From Thiohalospira sp. (GTDB taxonomy: Bacteria; Bacteroidota; Bacteroidia; Bacteroidales; UBA12077), in NCBI GenBank assembly GCA_046538755.1, contig JBKHIH010000018.1, positions 1 to 48,405 on the forward strand: a DNA stretch of 48,405 nucleotides, written 5' to 3'. The notes beneath the pieces are model-generated. The model did no database searches. It saw only the letters and a list, made by a program, of their open reading frames with translations, and had not been told where the DNA came from. The translations under genes were made by a program, and so were the position numbers. Below, piece by piece: positions 8,109 through 17,241 of the stretch (position 1 is its first letter; each line of letters opens with the position of its first letter).

Positions 8109-10451
8109 TTAATTGTTTATAATTTCAAAAGCATAAGGTTTTAAAATGAGTGAAATTTCTTTTTCACTCATTTGTTTTATGGTATTTCCAAAATTTGTAC
8201 TCCATTTTTCTGCTACTAAATTTTCAGGCAATTCGATGTTGATTTTTGATTCTTTATTTGATTTATTGATGGCAATCAACATAATCTCATCGAAATATTT
8301 TCTGCCATATACCATTGTTTCATCATCAGCATGGATTAAAATAATATCTCCGTAAATCAGTGAAAGGTTATTTCGCCTTAGATGGATGATTTTTTTAGTA
8401 TTTTCCAAAACAAAATTTTCAAAACGGTTTAAGTTTTCAAATTTCATCGGGCGACGGTTGTCCGGATCTCCTGCGCCGGGCATTCCAATTTCATCACCAT
8501 AATAAATTACCGGTATTCCTGGAATTGTGTTGATAAAACTGGTAACCTGTAATAATCTATAATATCCAACCGTATCTTCAATCTGGATATTACGATTCCA
8601 TCCCGCTTCCTTTTCATCTTCGTCGAATTTTAATGCTCCGCTGGCAAGTGTGATGAACCTTGGCAGGTCGTGATTGCCGGTAATATTTCCCATGAGCGAA
8701 TGATGGCCGTAGTATTTAAGACTTTCTTTTAACGATTGGTTAAGTTTTGTTAAGGGCTCATTTTCCTGTGCCAGATTATTCCGCATATCAAAATAGAGGT
8801 TAAAATCAAATTGCCCGTCGAGCATATCAGGCCCTACATAACTTCTTATTAAATCACGGCTACCAAAGGTTTCTCCAATCTGGAAAATAAAATCTTTCTC
8901 TGTTTTTTTTCTTAATTTTTTTGTTAAAGTTTTCCAATAATCGAGCGGAATATGTTTGGTAGCATCATGCCTGAAACCATCTATATTGTATTCTTGAATC
9001 CAGAACATTGCAGAATCAGACATTATTGTGGTAACTTCAGGTATGGTAAAATCTAACGATGGGATAAAAGTATCGAACCATGTAGTTAAACGGTGCTCAT
9101 TCCATAAACGAATATTTTTACGGCCATCAGGTAAATCTAAAATCGTAACCCATTCAGGATGATCCTGGTAGATTTTGTTTTTGATATGTACATGATTTGA
9201 AACATAGTCGAGGATAATATTCATTTCTTTCTGGTGCGTATTGTTTACAAGCTGCTGCAAATCTTCGGCTGTACCAAAACGATGATCCACAGTGCTTAAT
9301 GTTACCGGCCAGTAGCCATGGTATCCCGAGTATTTTCTATGAGGAGCAGGAAATTCAATATATCCTTCCAGCGGATTTTGTGTAATCGGGGAGAGCCAAA
9401 TCATGCTAACGCCTAAATCGGAAAAATATCCGTCGTTAACTTTTTGTGTAATCCCATCGATATCTCCACCATAATAATTTGCTTTGTCAAAAATATCTGG
9501 ATCATCCACCGGATCGTCATTTGCAGGGTTTCCATTGTTAAAGCGGTCAACCAGCATAAAATACAATACCTGTGCATGCTTATCTTTACGGGTAATTTGA
9601 GCAATGTCGTTCAAAATTTTGCCATGATCCAATGGTATCAAAATATCATTTGAAACCCCATTCTCGTTATACGCCCAAACTCTTATAAACGATCGTTTTT
9701 TGTTTTTAGCAATATCAGGAATTTGAATCGTAATTTTTTCTTTATCTATTTTGGCAGGAATCGTAAAGTTATCCCATAAAGCAATAACCGATTCGATTTC
9801 TCCGGAAAAAGCTATGTTTACTTCTTTATTACTAAAAGAATCTGTTGAAAGTTTTGGTGCATTTTCTGCCGGATCATTAACAGCGAATACCGAATTATAA
9901 CCTCCAATATTATTGCTTTCTTTTTCAGGATTTTGTGGGTCGAGCATCCACTCATCGTTAATTACAAGCTGATACTGATATTTCCCGGGTGACAATTTTA
10001 CAGAATATCTCCATTCATTGTCTTCTATCTTAAAACTTTCTGATGGTGTCCAGTCATTAAAACTTCCTGCTACCTGAACAGAATGATACTGCTTTTTATC
10101 ATCTTTTAGTTGAAATGTATATTCCACTTTTTGATCAAGCAACAAAATGATTGAATATGAATACCCATCGATCCATACTTTTAACTCCTCAGCAGGTTTT
10201 GTCTCTTTTGCAGGAGTAATCTCAATAAATTCATTTTTATCTGAGAGAGTGTATTTGTAACCAGTAATTGTTACAGAATCTATATCTTCAGTATTTTTAA
10301 AAATACCATTTAGAGCTATTTCCTGTCCATTTTCATTAACATAAACGGGTAATGCAAGTTCAAACATCTCTGATTTTTCAGGAATATTAAGCTTTTGTTT
10401 GGTACATCCTAAATTGAATAAAATCAATAAAACAATTAGTAATTTTTTCAT
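8109..10451 (-). CDS. GH13 alpha-glucan hydrolase with an N-terminal CBM48-like domain, predicted lipoprotein
   Basis: Lipobox (LILFNLGC). CBM48/AMPK-beta-like segment (VQVAGSFNDWTP...YQYQLVINDEWMLDPQNP). GH13 motifs (DGFRHDATKHIP, GETFG, TGNHDLPR). Confidence 0.8.
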   Translation of the reverse strand: MKKLLIVLLILFNLGCTKQKLNIPEKSEMFELALPVYVNENGQEIALNGIFKNTEDIDSVTITGYKYTLSDKNEFIEITPAKETKPAEELKVWIDGYSYSIILLLDQKVEYTFQLKDDKKQYHSVQVAGSFNDWTPSESFKIEDNEWRYSVKLSPGKYQYQLVINDEWMLDPQNPEKESNNIGGYNSVFAVNDPAENAPKLSTDSFSNKEVNIAFSGEIESVIALWDNFTIPAKIDKEKITIQIPDIAKNKKRSFIRVWAYNENGVSNDILIPLDHGKILNDIAQITRKDKHAQVLYFMLVDRFNNGNPANDDPVDDPDIFDKANYYGGDIDGITQKVNDGYFSDLGVSMIWLSPITQNPLEGYIEFPAPHRKYSGYHGYWPVTLSTVDHRFGTAEDLQQLVNNTHQKEMNIILDYVSNHVHIKNKIYQDHPEWVTILDLPDGRKNIRLWNEHRLTTWFDTFIPSLDFTIPEVTTIMSDSAMFWIQEYNIDGFRHDATKHIPLDYWKTLTKKLRKKTEKDFIFQIGETFGSRDLIRSYVGPDMLDGQFDFNLYFDMRNNLAQENEPLTKLNQSLKESLKYYGHHSLMGNITGNHDLPRFITLASGALKFDEDEKEAGWNRNIQIEDTVGYYRLLQVTSFINTIPGIPVIYYGDEIGMPGAGDPDNRRPMKFENLNRFENFVLENTKKIIHLRRNNLSLIYGDIILIHADDETMVYGRKYFDEIMLIAINKSNKESKINIELPENLVAEKWSTNFGNTIKQMSEKEISLILKPYAFEIINN

Positions 10452-10469
10452 GGCAAATTGTATTTAGAA

Positions 10470-12329
10470 TTATTTTTTAAGTTCAATAATCATGGCTGAT
10501 TTTTTGGTAATGTGGATTTTATCCAAATGCTCAATTTTTTTATCATTGATGATTTCGATTCCTGAATTATATCCTTTCATCATTTCATTGAAACGTTCTG
10601 TTTTTATGGTTTGAGCATGCTCGTTGTTATTTAAAATAATCATTACCGTTTCATCAGCTTGATGTCTGAAATAGACATACACATTATTTTCGGGAATAAA
10701 ATGGGTAAGCTCACCGCTATGAATTACCTCCTTGGATTTTCTCCAGTTGAGTAACTTTTGTAAATAATTATAGATTTCATTTTGGGCATCGCTTCTTCCT
10801 TCGGCTGTAAATCCATTTTTTTCGTCATCGGGCCAGCCGCCTGTAAAATCTTTACGCATTTTGCCATGTGCCTCGTGCTCATATCCTTCCATTAGTAATT
10901 CTGTACCATAAAGTATTGAAGGTATACCACGTGTTGTTAGCTGAAAAGCGACAGCCATTTTTAGCTTATCAATACTGTTATTAAGCGATGTGAAAATTCT
11001 GCTTACATCGTGGTTATCCATAAAAACTAAAGTATTAGCCGGATTGGCATAAACAAAATCCTGAGCAAGGATATAATATAATTTGGCCATTCCATCAGTC
11101 CAGGTTTGTTCTTCGTTAAAAGCTTGTGTAATAGCATAGTGCATAGGAAAATCCGTAATAACGGGAATATTCGAAGAGTAACCGTCGAAATTTTTATTGT
11201 TTTCCTGCCAGTAAGCAGTAATTGGAATTTTTTGCAGCCACGATTCGCCCAAAATGGTAAAATCTGGATATTGATTTCTGATTGCTTGAGCCCAACGGGC
11301 AACCATTTCTTTATCGGCATATGGTTGTGTATCGAGCCTTATGCCATCAATACCTGCATATTCGATCCACCAAATAGTATTTTGAATAAAATAGGTTGCT
11401 ACCAGCGGATTTTGTTGGTTTAAATCGGGCATATTCCTATCGAACCAACCTTTTTGTTGCCGCATCACATCATCATTTGATGCATACGGGTCGGTAAGAA
11501 CCGGCGACCGGAAATTGGACTGGGTATATTCAGTGAATTGATGAATCCATTTTTCGGTGGGTAAATCGTTCATCCACCAGTGATTTATGCCACAATGGTT
11601 TAATACTACATCCATTATAATTTTTAAACCTTTTTGATGAGCTTTTTCCACCAGTTCCACATATTTTGCATTATTACCAAATCGTGCATCGATGTTGTAA
11701 AAATCGGTTATGGCATAACCATGGTAAGTATATTTTTCCTGGTTATTTTCCAGTAATGGATTAATCCATAAAGTAGTTACACCAAAATTATTGAGATAAT
11801 CCAGATGGTTGATAATTCCCTGAATATCTCCTCCATGCCTTCCGTCCGGATTGTTACGGTTTGTTTTTTCAATCAATTCTTCAATATTATCATTTGTTAA
11901 ATCGCCATTGGCAAACCGGTCGGGCATTAACAGGTATATAACATCAGAATTATCAAATCCCTGATGTTGTGTACTGATTTCTGATCTTTCTTTTAACTCA
12001 TATGGAAAACTTTCTATTACTTTACCCTCTTGTTTAAGCTGAATGTTAATTATTTGTGGTTCTGTATTTTCTCCAATTACAAGATTCAAAAAAAGATAGT
12101 TTTGATTTTCTGTTTTTTGAACAGAATGCAACAAATCATTATTACTTAAAGATAAATCATAAGAAGCAATATTATTGCCATACAACATAATTTGCAGTTC
12201 AGGGTTTTCCATTCCTGTCCACCAGTTGGGTGGTTCAACCTTATTAATGACCTGTGCATAAGAAATTGAAACACCCCAAAAAAGAATAATTGATGTTAGT
12301 ACTGAATTAAATATTTTTTTTCTGTTCAT
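10470..12329 (-). CDS. Periplasmic GH13 neopullulanase/cyclomaltodextrinase (SusA-like)
   Basis: Signal peptide. GH13 motifs (GVTTLWINPL, KIIMDVVLNHCG, GIDGIRLDTQPY, GESW, DNHDVSR). Size (~619 aa) is similar to SusA-type enzymes. Confidence 0.8.
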   Translation of the reverse strand: MNRKKIFNSVLTSIILFWGVSISYAQVINKVEPPNWWTGMENPELQIMLYGNNIASYDLSLSNNDLLHSVQKTENQNYLFLNLVIGENTEPQIINIQLKQEGKVIESFPYELKERSEISTQHQGFDNSDVIYLLMPDRFANGDLTNDNIEELIEKTNRNNPDGRHGGDIQGIINHLDYLNNFGVTTLWINPLLENNQEKYTYHGYAITDFYNIDARFGNNAKYVELVEKAHQKGLKIIMDVVLNHCGINHWWMNDLPTEKWIHQFTEYTQSNFRSPVLTDPYASNDDVMRQQKGWFDRNMPDLNQQNPLVATYFIQNTIWWIEYAGIDGIRLDTQPYADKEMVARWAQAIRNQYPDFTILGESWLQKIPITAYWQENNKNFDGYSSNIPVITDFPMHYAITQAFNEEQTWTDGMAKLYYILAQDFVYANPANTLVFMDNHDVSRIFTSLNNSIDKLKMAVAFQLTTRGIPSILYGTELLMEGYEHEAHGKMRKDFTGGWPDDEKNGFTAEGRSDAQNEIYNYLQKLLNWRKSKEVIHSGELTHFIPENNVYVYFRHQADETVMIILNNNEHAQTIKTERFNEMMKGYNSGIEIINDKKIEHLDKIHITKKSAMIIELKK

Positions 12330-12333
12330 TTAT

Positions 12334-14640
12334 TTAACGAATTTCGAGAGAATCATTTGCATTAATAGTATATTCTACCCCGTGAACATATAATTTTATA
12401 TTTTGGTTGTGTTGATTATATACAATTGTTGTTTCTTTGGTTACTTCAACTTTTATCAACATACCTCTGAATTTAACTATAAATGAGTATTTGTTCCACT
12501 GTGGTGGGATAAAAGGATTGAAATGTAGTTCGTCGTTTTTTATGCGCATTCCTCCAAAACCTTCCACGATGGATAAATAAGTTCCTGCCATACTTGTAAT
12601 ATGTAAACCTTGGTTTACCTCATTATTATAATCATCAAGGTCGAGCCTCGCGGTTCGCAAATAAAGTTCGTAGGCTTGTTCTTTATAACCCAATTTTGCA
12701 GCTAAAATGGTGTGTACGCATGGTGAAAGTGATGATTCGTGTACAGTTAGCGGTTCATAAAAGTCGAAATTCCTTTTTATCGTTTCATCACTATAATGGT
12801 CTTCGAAAAAGTATAATCCCTGCAATACATCGGCTTGTTTTATATAACATGATCTTAATATTCGATCCCACGACCATTTTTGGTTGATGGGCCTCTGTTC
12901 AGGATCAAGGTCTTTTGCAGGAATGATTTCTTTATCCATAAATCCATCCTGCTGAAGGAAAATATTTAATTCCTCGTTTTCGGGTAAATAGATATTATCA
13001 ATAATATTTGTCCATTTGCCTATTTCTTTAAGCTCATTGAAATTAATTTTTTCTTTTAGTTTTTTATATTTTTCCGGAGCTTCAGATTGTACTTTGGTTA
13101 TCATTTTTAATGTGTAATCGAGGCACCATCGGGCAATGGTATTAGTATACCAGTTGTTGTTTACGTTGTTTTCGTACTCGTTGGGCCCTGTAACACCTAA
13201 AATAACATACTGTTTTTTCTCTTTGGAAAAATTAACTCTTTGTGCCCAAAAGCGGCTAATGGCAATAAGTACTTCAAGCCCGTAATCTTCGATATACGAT
13301 TCGTCGCCTGTGTAGCGGGTATAATTGTAAATGGCATGTGCAATAGCACCGTTTCGATGGATCTCTTCAAAAGTAATTTCCCATTCGTTATGGCATTCTT
13401 CGCCATTCATTGTTACCATTGGATATAAAGCAGCACCATTTTTGAAACCTAATTTTTCGGCATTTTCAATGGCTTTTTGTAAATGCCTGTAGCGGTATAA
13501 TAACAAATTTCTTGCAACCTGTTGTTCCGATGTCCTTAAATAAAAAGGCAGGCAATAAGCTTCGGTATCCCAGTAAGTACTACCGCCATATTTTTCTCCA
13601 GTAAAACCTTTAGGGCCGATATTTAATCTTTCATCATCGCCTGTATAAGTTTGGTTTAACTGGAAAATATTAAACCGGATTCCCTGCTGGCCGGCCACAT
13701 CGCCATCAATCTTTATATCGCTGGTGGTCCATTTCTTTTTCCATGCACTGGAATGCTCATTAAATAATAAATCAAAACCTTTTTCTGAGGCTAATTGTAG
13801 ATTATTGTGGGCAGCTATGGTTAGTTGGTTTTTATCGTGATTTTCGGAGTGCGTAATCGAAGCATATTTGTAGATGTTTACTACATCATCTGTTTTACAA
13901 TCGATAGAAACACTTTGGCTTAAGTATTTTTTTCGTTTGTTTTCTTTAACCGTATTGCTTATTTCGGTGTTGTTTTTTTCAATTTTGAATTTCATACTTG
14001 TACAAACATGAAAATCAAGCTTCTTGGTTTTTGCAGATACATAAGCTTCACCAGGCCTGCTTTCAATACCCACTTCTTCCCAGAATTTTTCGTTGTAGTT
14101 GGCGTCTTCGTTAATTACATCAGCATCAACGTATGGTTCTATGGTTATTTTATCATCAACATTAACACATTTAATTTGGTATTTAATACAGCCCAGTTCA
14201 TTTTTTGTGATGCTTAAAAATCGTTTGGCAGCAACTTCTATTGCTTGTCCATCAGGAAATTCGGCGTAGAATGTACGCTCTAAAAATCCTTCCTGCATAT
14301 TTAATACCCTGCGGAAATTTTTTATTTTTACTTTTGCCAGGTCAAGTTCGTGTTTACCTATAAACACATTGATACCAATCCAGTTTGGTGCATTTAGCAC
14401 TTTGGCAAAATATTCGGGATATCCGTTTTTCCACCATCCTACTTTTGTTTTATCAGGATAATAAATACCTGCAATATAATTTCCCTGTAAGGTGTCGCCG
14501 CTATACTGTTCTTCAAAATTGGCACGCTGGCCAATATGTCCGTTTCCAAGCGAAAAAATACTTTCCGATGATCGCTGGTTTTCAGGGTTAAAGCCTTCTT
14601 CTATAATACACCATTCATCATGTTTAAGATATTCGTTCAT
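12334..14640 (-). CDS. GH65 maltose (alpha-glucoside) phosphorylase
   Basis: GH65 N-terminal signature (FSLGNGHIGQRANFEE), central catalytic (alpha/alpha)6 region and ~768 aa length. It sits immediately upstream of pgmB and an MFS transporter, the classical malP-pgmB arrangement. Confidence 0.8.
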   Translation of the reverse strand: MNEYLKHDEWCIIEEGFNPENQRSSESIFSLGNGHIGQRANFEEQYSGDTLQGNYIAGIYYPDKTKVGWWKNGYPEYFAKVLNAPNWIGINVFIGKHELDLAKVKIKNFRRVLNMQEGFLERTFYAEFPDGQAIEVAAKRFLSITKNELGCIKYQIKCVNVDDKITIEPYVDADVINEDANYNEKFWEEVGIESRPGEAYVSAKTKKLDFHVCTSMKFKIEKNNTEISNTVKENKRKKYLSQSVSIDCKTDDVVNIYKYASITHSENHDKNQLTIAAHNNLQLASEKGFDLLFNEHSSAWKKKWTTSDIKIDGDVAGQQGIRFNIFQLNQTYTGDDERLNIGPKGFTGEKYGGSTYWDTEAYCLPFYLRTSEQQVARNLLLYRYRHLQKAIENAEKLGFKNGAALYPMVTMNGEECHNEWEITFEEIHRNGAIAHAIYNYTRYTGDESYIEDYGLEVLIAISRFWAQRVNFSKEKKQYVILGVTGPNEYENNVNNNWYTNTIARWCLDYTLKMITKVQSEAPEKYKKLKEKINFNELKEIGKWTNIIDNIYLPENEELNIFLQQDGFMDKEIIPAKDLDPEQRPINQKWSWDRILRSCYIKQADVLQGLYFFEDHYSDETIKRNFDFYEPLTVHESSLSPCVHTILAAKLGYKEQAYELYLRTARLDLDDYNNEVNQGLHITSMAGTYLSIVEGFGGMRIKNDELHFNPFIPPQWNKYSFIVKFRGMLIKVEVTKETTIVYNQHNQNIKLYVHGVEYTINANDSLEIR

Positions 14641-14662
14641 TGTGAAGGATTTTTTAAGATTT

Positions 14663-15316
14663 TTAAATTTTTTCGATTATTGAAATATTAACATTTTCAA
14701 AGCCAGGAATAACTAAGTCAGCCTTGGGTAAATTTTCAGGTTTACCCACACCGATGGTTTTCATTCCTGCATTTTTTGCTGCCTCGATACCCGATTCAGC
14801 ATCTTCAAAAACGATACATTGCCCGGGCAGGATATTTAATTCCTGGGCTCCTTTTAGAAAAACTTCAGGATCAGGCTTTGATTTACTGATTTTTGTGCCA
14901 TCAACAACTGCATCAAAGAAATTTTTCATTCCGATACGTTCTAAAATGGTTCCTGCATTTTTGCTTGATGAGCCGATTGCAATTTTGTAATGGGCTTGTT
15001 TTAACTCCTCAAGAAATTGTTTTACTCCTGGCAAAATATCTTGTGGAGTCATTTTTAATATATTTTCCCGGTACCATTCATTTTTATTGTTTGCCAGCCG
15101 TTGTTTCTCGTCATCCGAAATTGAATCTATTTTTCCAATTTCGAGCAGAATATCCAATGATTCCATTCTGCTGATTCCTTTTAGCTGCTCGTTTTGGGCT
15201 TCGGTAAGGTCGAAACCCATTTTGTTGGCCAGCTTTTTCCAGGCTTTATAATGAAAAACTGCGGTATCAACAATTACTCCGTCCAGATCAAAAATAATTG
15301 CTTTTATTTTGTGCAT
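14663..15316 (-). CDS. pgmB: beta-phosphoglucomutase (HAD superfamily)
   Basis: Near-canonical beta-PGM sequence (IIFDLDGVIVDTAVFHYKAWKKLA, QLKGISRMESL, GSSSKNA, KSKPDPEVF, FEDAESGIEAAKNAG). Confidence 0.9.
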   Translation of the reverse strand: MHKIKAIIFDLDGVIVDTAVFHYKAWKKLANKMGFDLTEAQNEQLKGISRMESLDILLEIGKIDSISDDEKQRLANNKNEWYRENILKMTPQDILPGVKQFLEELKQAHYKIAIGSSSKNAGTILERIGMKNFFDAVVDGTKISKSKPDPEVFLKGAQELNILPGQCIVFEDAESGIEAAKNAGMKTIGVGKPENLPKADLVIPGFENVNISIIEKI

Positions 15317-15318
15317 AA

Positions 15319-16821
15319 TTAGTCCCTGTCTTTTACAAATACAACTAAAATACCAGCTAATATCATTGAAAATCCACCTAGTATTAATGCATATATTGGT
15401 TGATTATTGAAAACTGTTTTTACTAAAAACCCCAGGATACTGGCAGCCAGTATTTGTGGAATTACAATAAAAAAGTTGAAAATTCCCATGAATACGCCCA
15501 TTTTATGTGCCGGCAACGACCCTGTTAAGATAGCATACGGCATAGCTAGTATACTGGCCCAGGCCAAACCGATACCAACAAATGGAAGAAGCAACATGGT
15601 TGGGTTATTTATAAAAAATATGGAGGCAAGGCTGATCCCTCCAATAATTAATGAAACAGCATGTGTAATTTTCCGGTTGGTTAATTTAGCCAGCAGGATT
15701 AATAAAAATGCAAAAGCTGCTGCAAACCCGTTGTAGATACCAAAACAAATTCCTACCCAGTTTGCTCCATCGTTATACAGTGAAGAAGTAGGGTCGGTAG
15801 TTCCGTAAATATGGCTTGTAACACCTGCAGTGGTATAAATCCACATGGCAAATAACGCAAACCACGAGAAGAATTGAACAATGGCCAGTTGTTTCATGGT
15901 TAATGGCATGGTGTTAAAATCGGAAATAACAGCAACAAAACCATTCTTTAGTTTGCCTTTTTGTTTTAATAAACCACTAAACAGTTCTAGTAATCCGAAA
16001 ATTACCAGGCCGAGCGAAAAGATATAAACTTCTTTGTCGACTTTAATATAAGTAAGGGTAAAAGTTATAATGATTCCTGTTATAAGAAAGATAAGCCCTG
16101 TTTTGAAATCGCCTCTTGAATTTTTGATGTTAGCCATTTCAACTTCTTTCATTTTTGCTTCCAGTTCTTTATCCTCAAATTCGGCTAATTCTTCGGGTGA
16201 GTATTCTTTAGATGAAAAAACAGTCCATAATACCGAAAGTAAAAATACGGCACCCCCAAAATAAAATGATAATTTTACTGATAACGGAATTTCTCCGGAA
16301 GCTGCAGTGTTAGGGACATTAAGCCATTCGGTAAAAATATAGGGGAGGAACGATGCAACAACAGCTCCAATACCAATAAAAAAACTTTGCATACTAAAAC
16401 CAATAGTACGTTGATGTGATGGCAGGTTATCGCCAACGAATGCCCTGAAAGGCTCCATTGAAATATTTATAGAAGCATCCAGTATCCAGAGCATTCCGGC
16501 AGCTACCCATAGTGCGGGTGAATTGGGCATGATAAATAATGCTATTGAAGCTAAAATGGCTCCAATAAGAAAAAACGGGCGCCTTCGGCCTAAACGTGTC
16601 CAGGTTTTATCACTCATGTGCCCAATAATCGGTTGTACAATAAGGCCTGTTACCGGGGCAGCAATCCATAAAATGGGAATATTATCTATCTTGGCTCCAA
16701 GGGTTTCGAAAATTCTGCTCACATTCGCATTTTGGAGGGCAAAACCAAACTGAATGCCTAAAAAACCAAAACTCATGTTCCATATTTGCCAGAAACTCAG
16801 TGCTTTTTTCTCTTTTTTCAT
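15319..16821 (-). CDS. MFS/GPH-family sugar (maltose/maltodextrin) transporter
   Basis: About 12 predicted TM segments with an MFS-type loop (GHMSDKTWTRLGRRRPF). It is the first gene of the transporter-pgmB-GH65-GH13-GH13 co-directional cluster. Confidence 0.75.
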   Translation of the reverse strand: MKKEKKALSFWQIWNMSFGFLGIQFGFALQNANVSRIFETLGAKIDNIPILWIAAPVTGLIVQPIIGHMSDKTWTRLGRRRPFFLIGAILASIALFIMPNSPALWVAAGMLWILDASINISMEPFRAFVGDNLPSHQRTIGFSMQSFFIGIGAVVASFLPYIFTEWLNVPNTAASGEIPLSVKLSFYFGGAVFLLSVLWTVFSSKEYSPEELAEFEDKELEAKMKEVEMANIKNSRGDFKTGLIFLITGIIITFTLTYIKVDKEVYIFSLGLVIFGLLELFSGLLKQKGKLKNGFVAVISDFNTMPLTMKQLAIVQFFSWFALFAMWIYTTAGVTSHIYGTTDPTSSLYNDGANWVGICFGIYNGFAAAFAFLLILLAKLTNRKITHAVSLIIGGISLASIFFINNPTMLLLPFVGIGLAWASILAMPYAILTGSLPAHKMGVFMGIFNFFIVIPQILAASILGFLVKTVFNNQPIYALILGGFSMILAGILVVFVKDRD

Positions 16822-17241
16822 CGTAGTAATTTAACAAAGAATTAATGATTTTTTGATATTAAATATATCATCAAATATAATTAAAAAAAGTGGCAGGAGC
16901 AATGTATGTAGTTAGTAAGCAGATGTTTATAAAAATTTTAAAAAGCCTGTAAGTGTTGTTTCAAACGTTTGCGAATTGCAAAAAACTTGTTAAATAGGGA
17001 TTAATTTTTTTAATATTTTTTTGGAAGTGGCTTTGCGGTTGTTAAGGTAAGCGAATTGTTGTTTTTTGTTTCAACGACTTTTGTTTTCTTTATATAGGAA
17101 ATGAAAGTTTCGGTTCGAGACTAAAACCTCACCTTCAAGAAATTTTTCCCGGAATGTATACCACATCTTCTGCAGCAGGCGTTAAACCATCAAAACATTT
17201 TTTCATCTAAATAGGGAAGATACTCAAAAAATTAATAAACC

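Noticed and set aside
17105-17135. GGTTCGAG motif resembling a tRNA T-loop upstream of the M14 gene
   Set aside because: No acceptor, D or anticodon stems can be built around it, and there is no CCA-proximal structure. It is not a tRNA.
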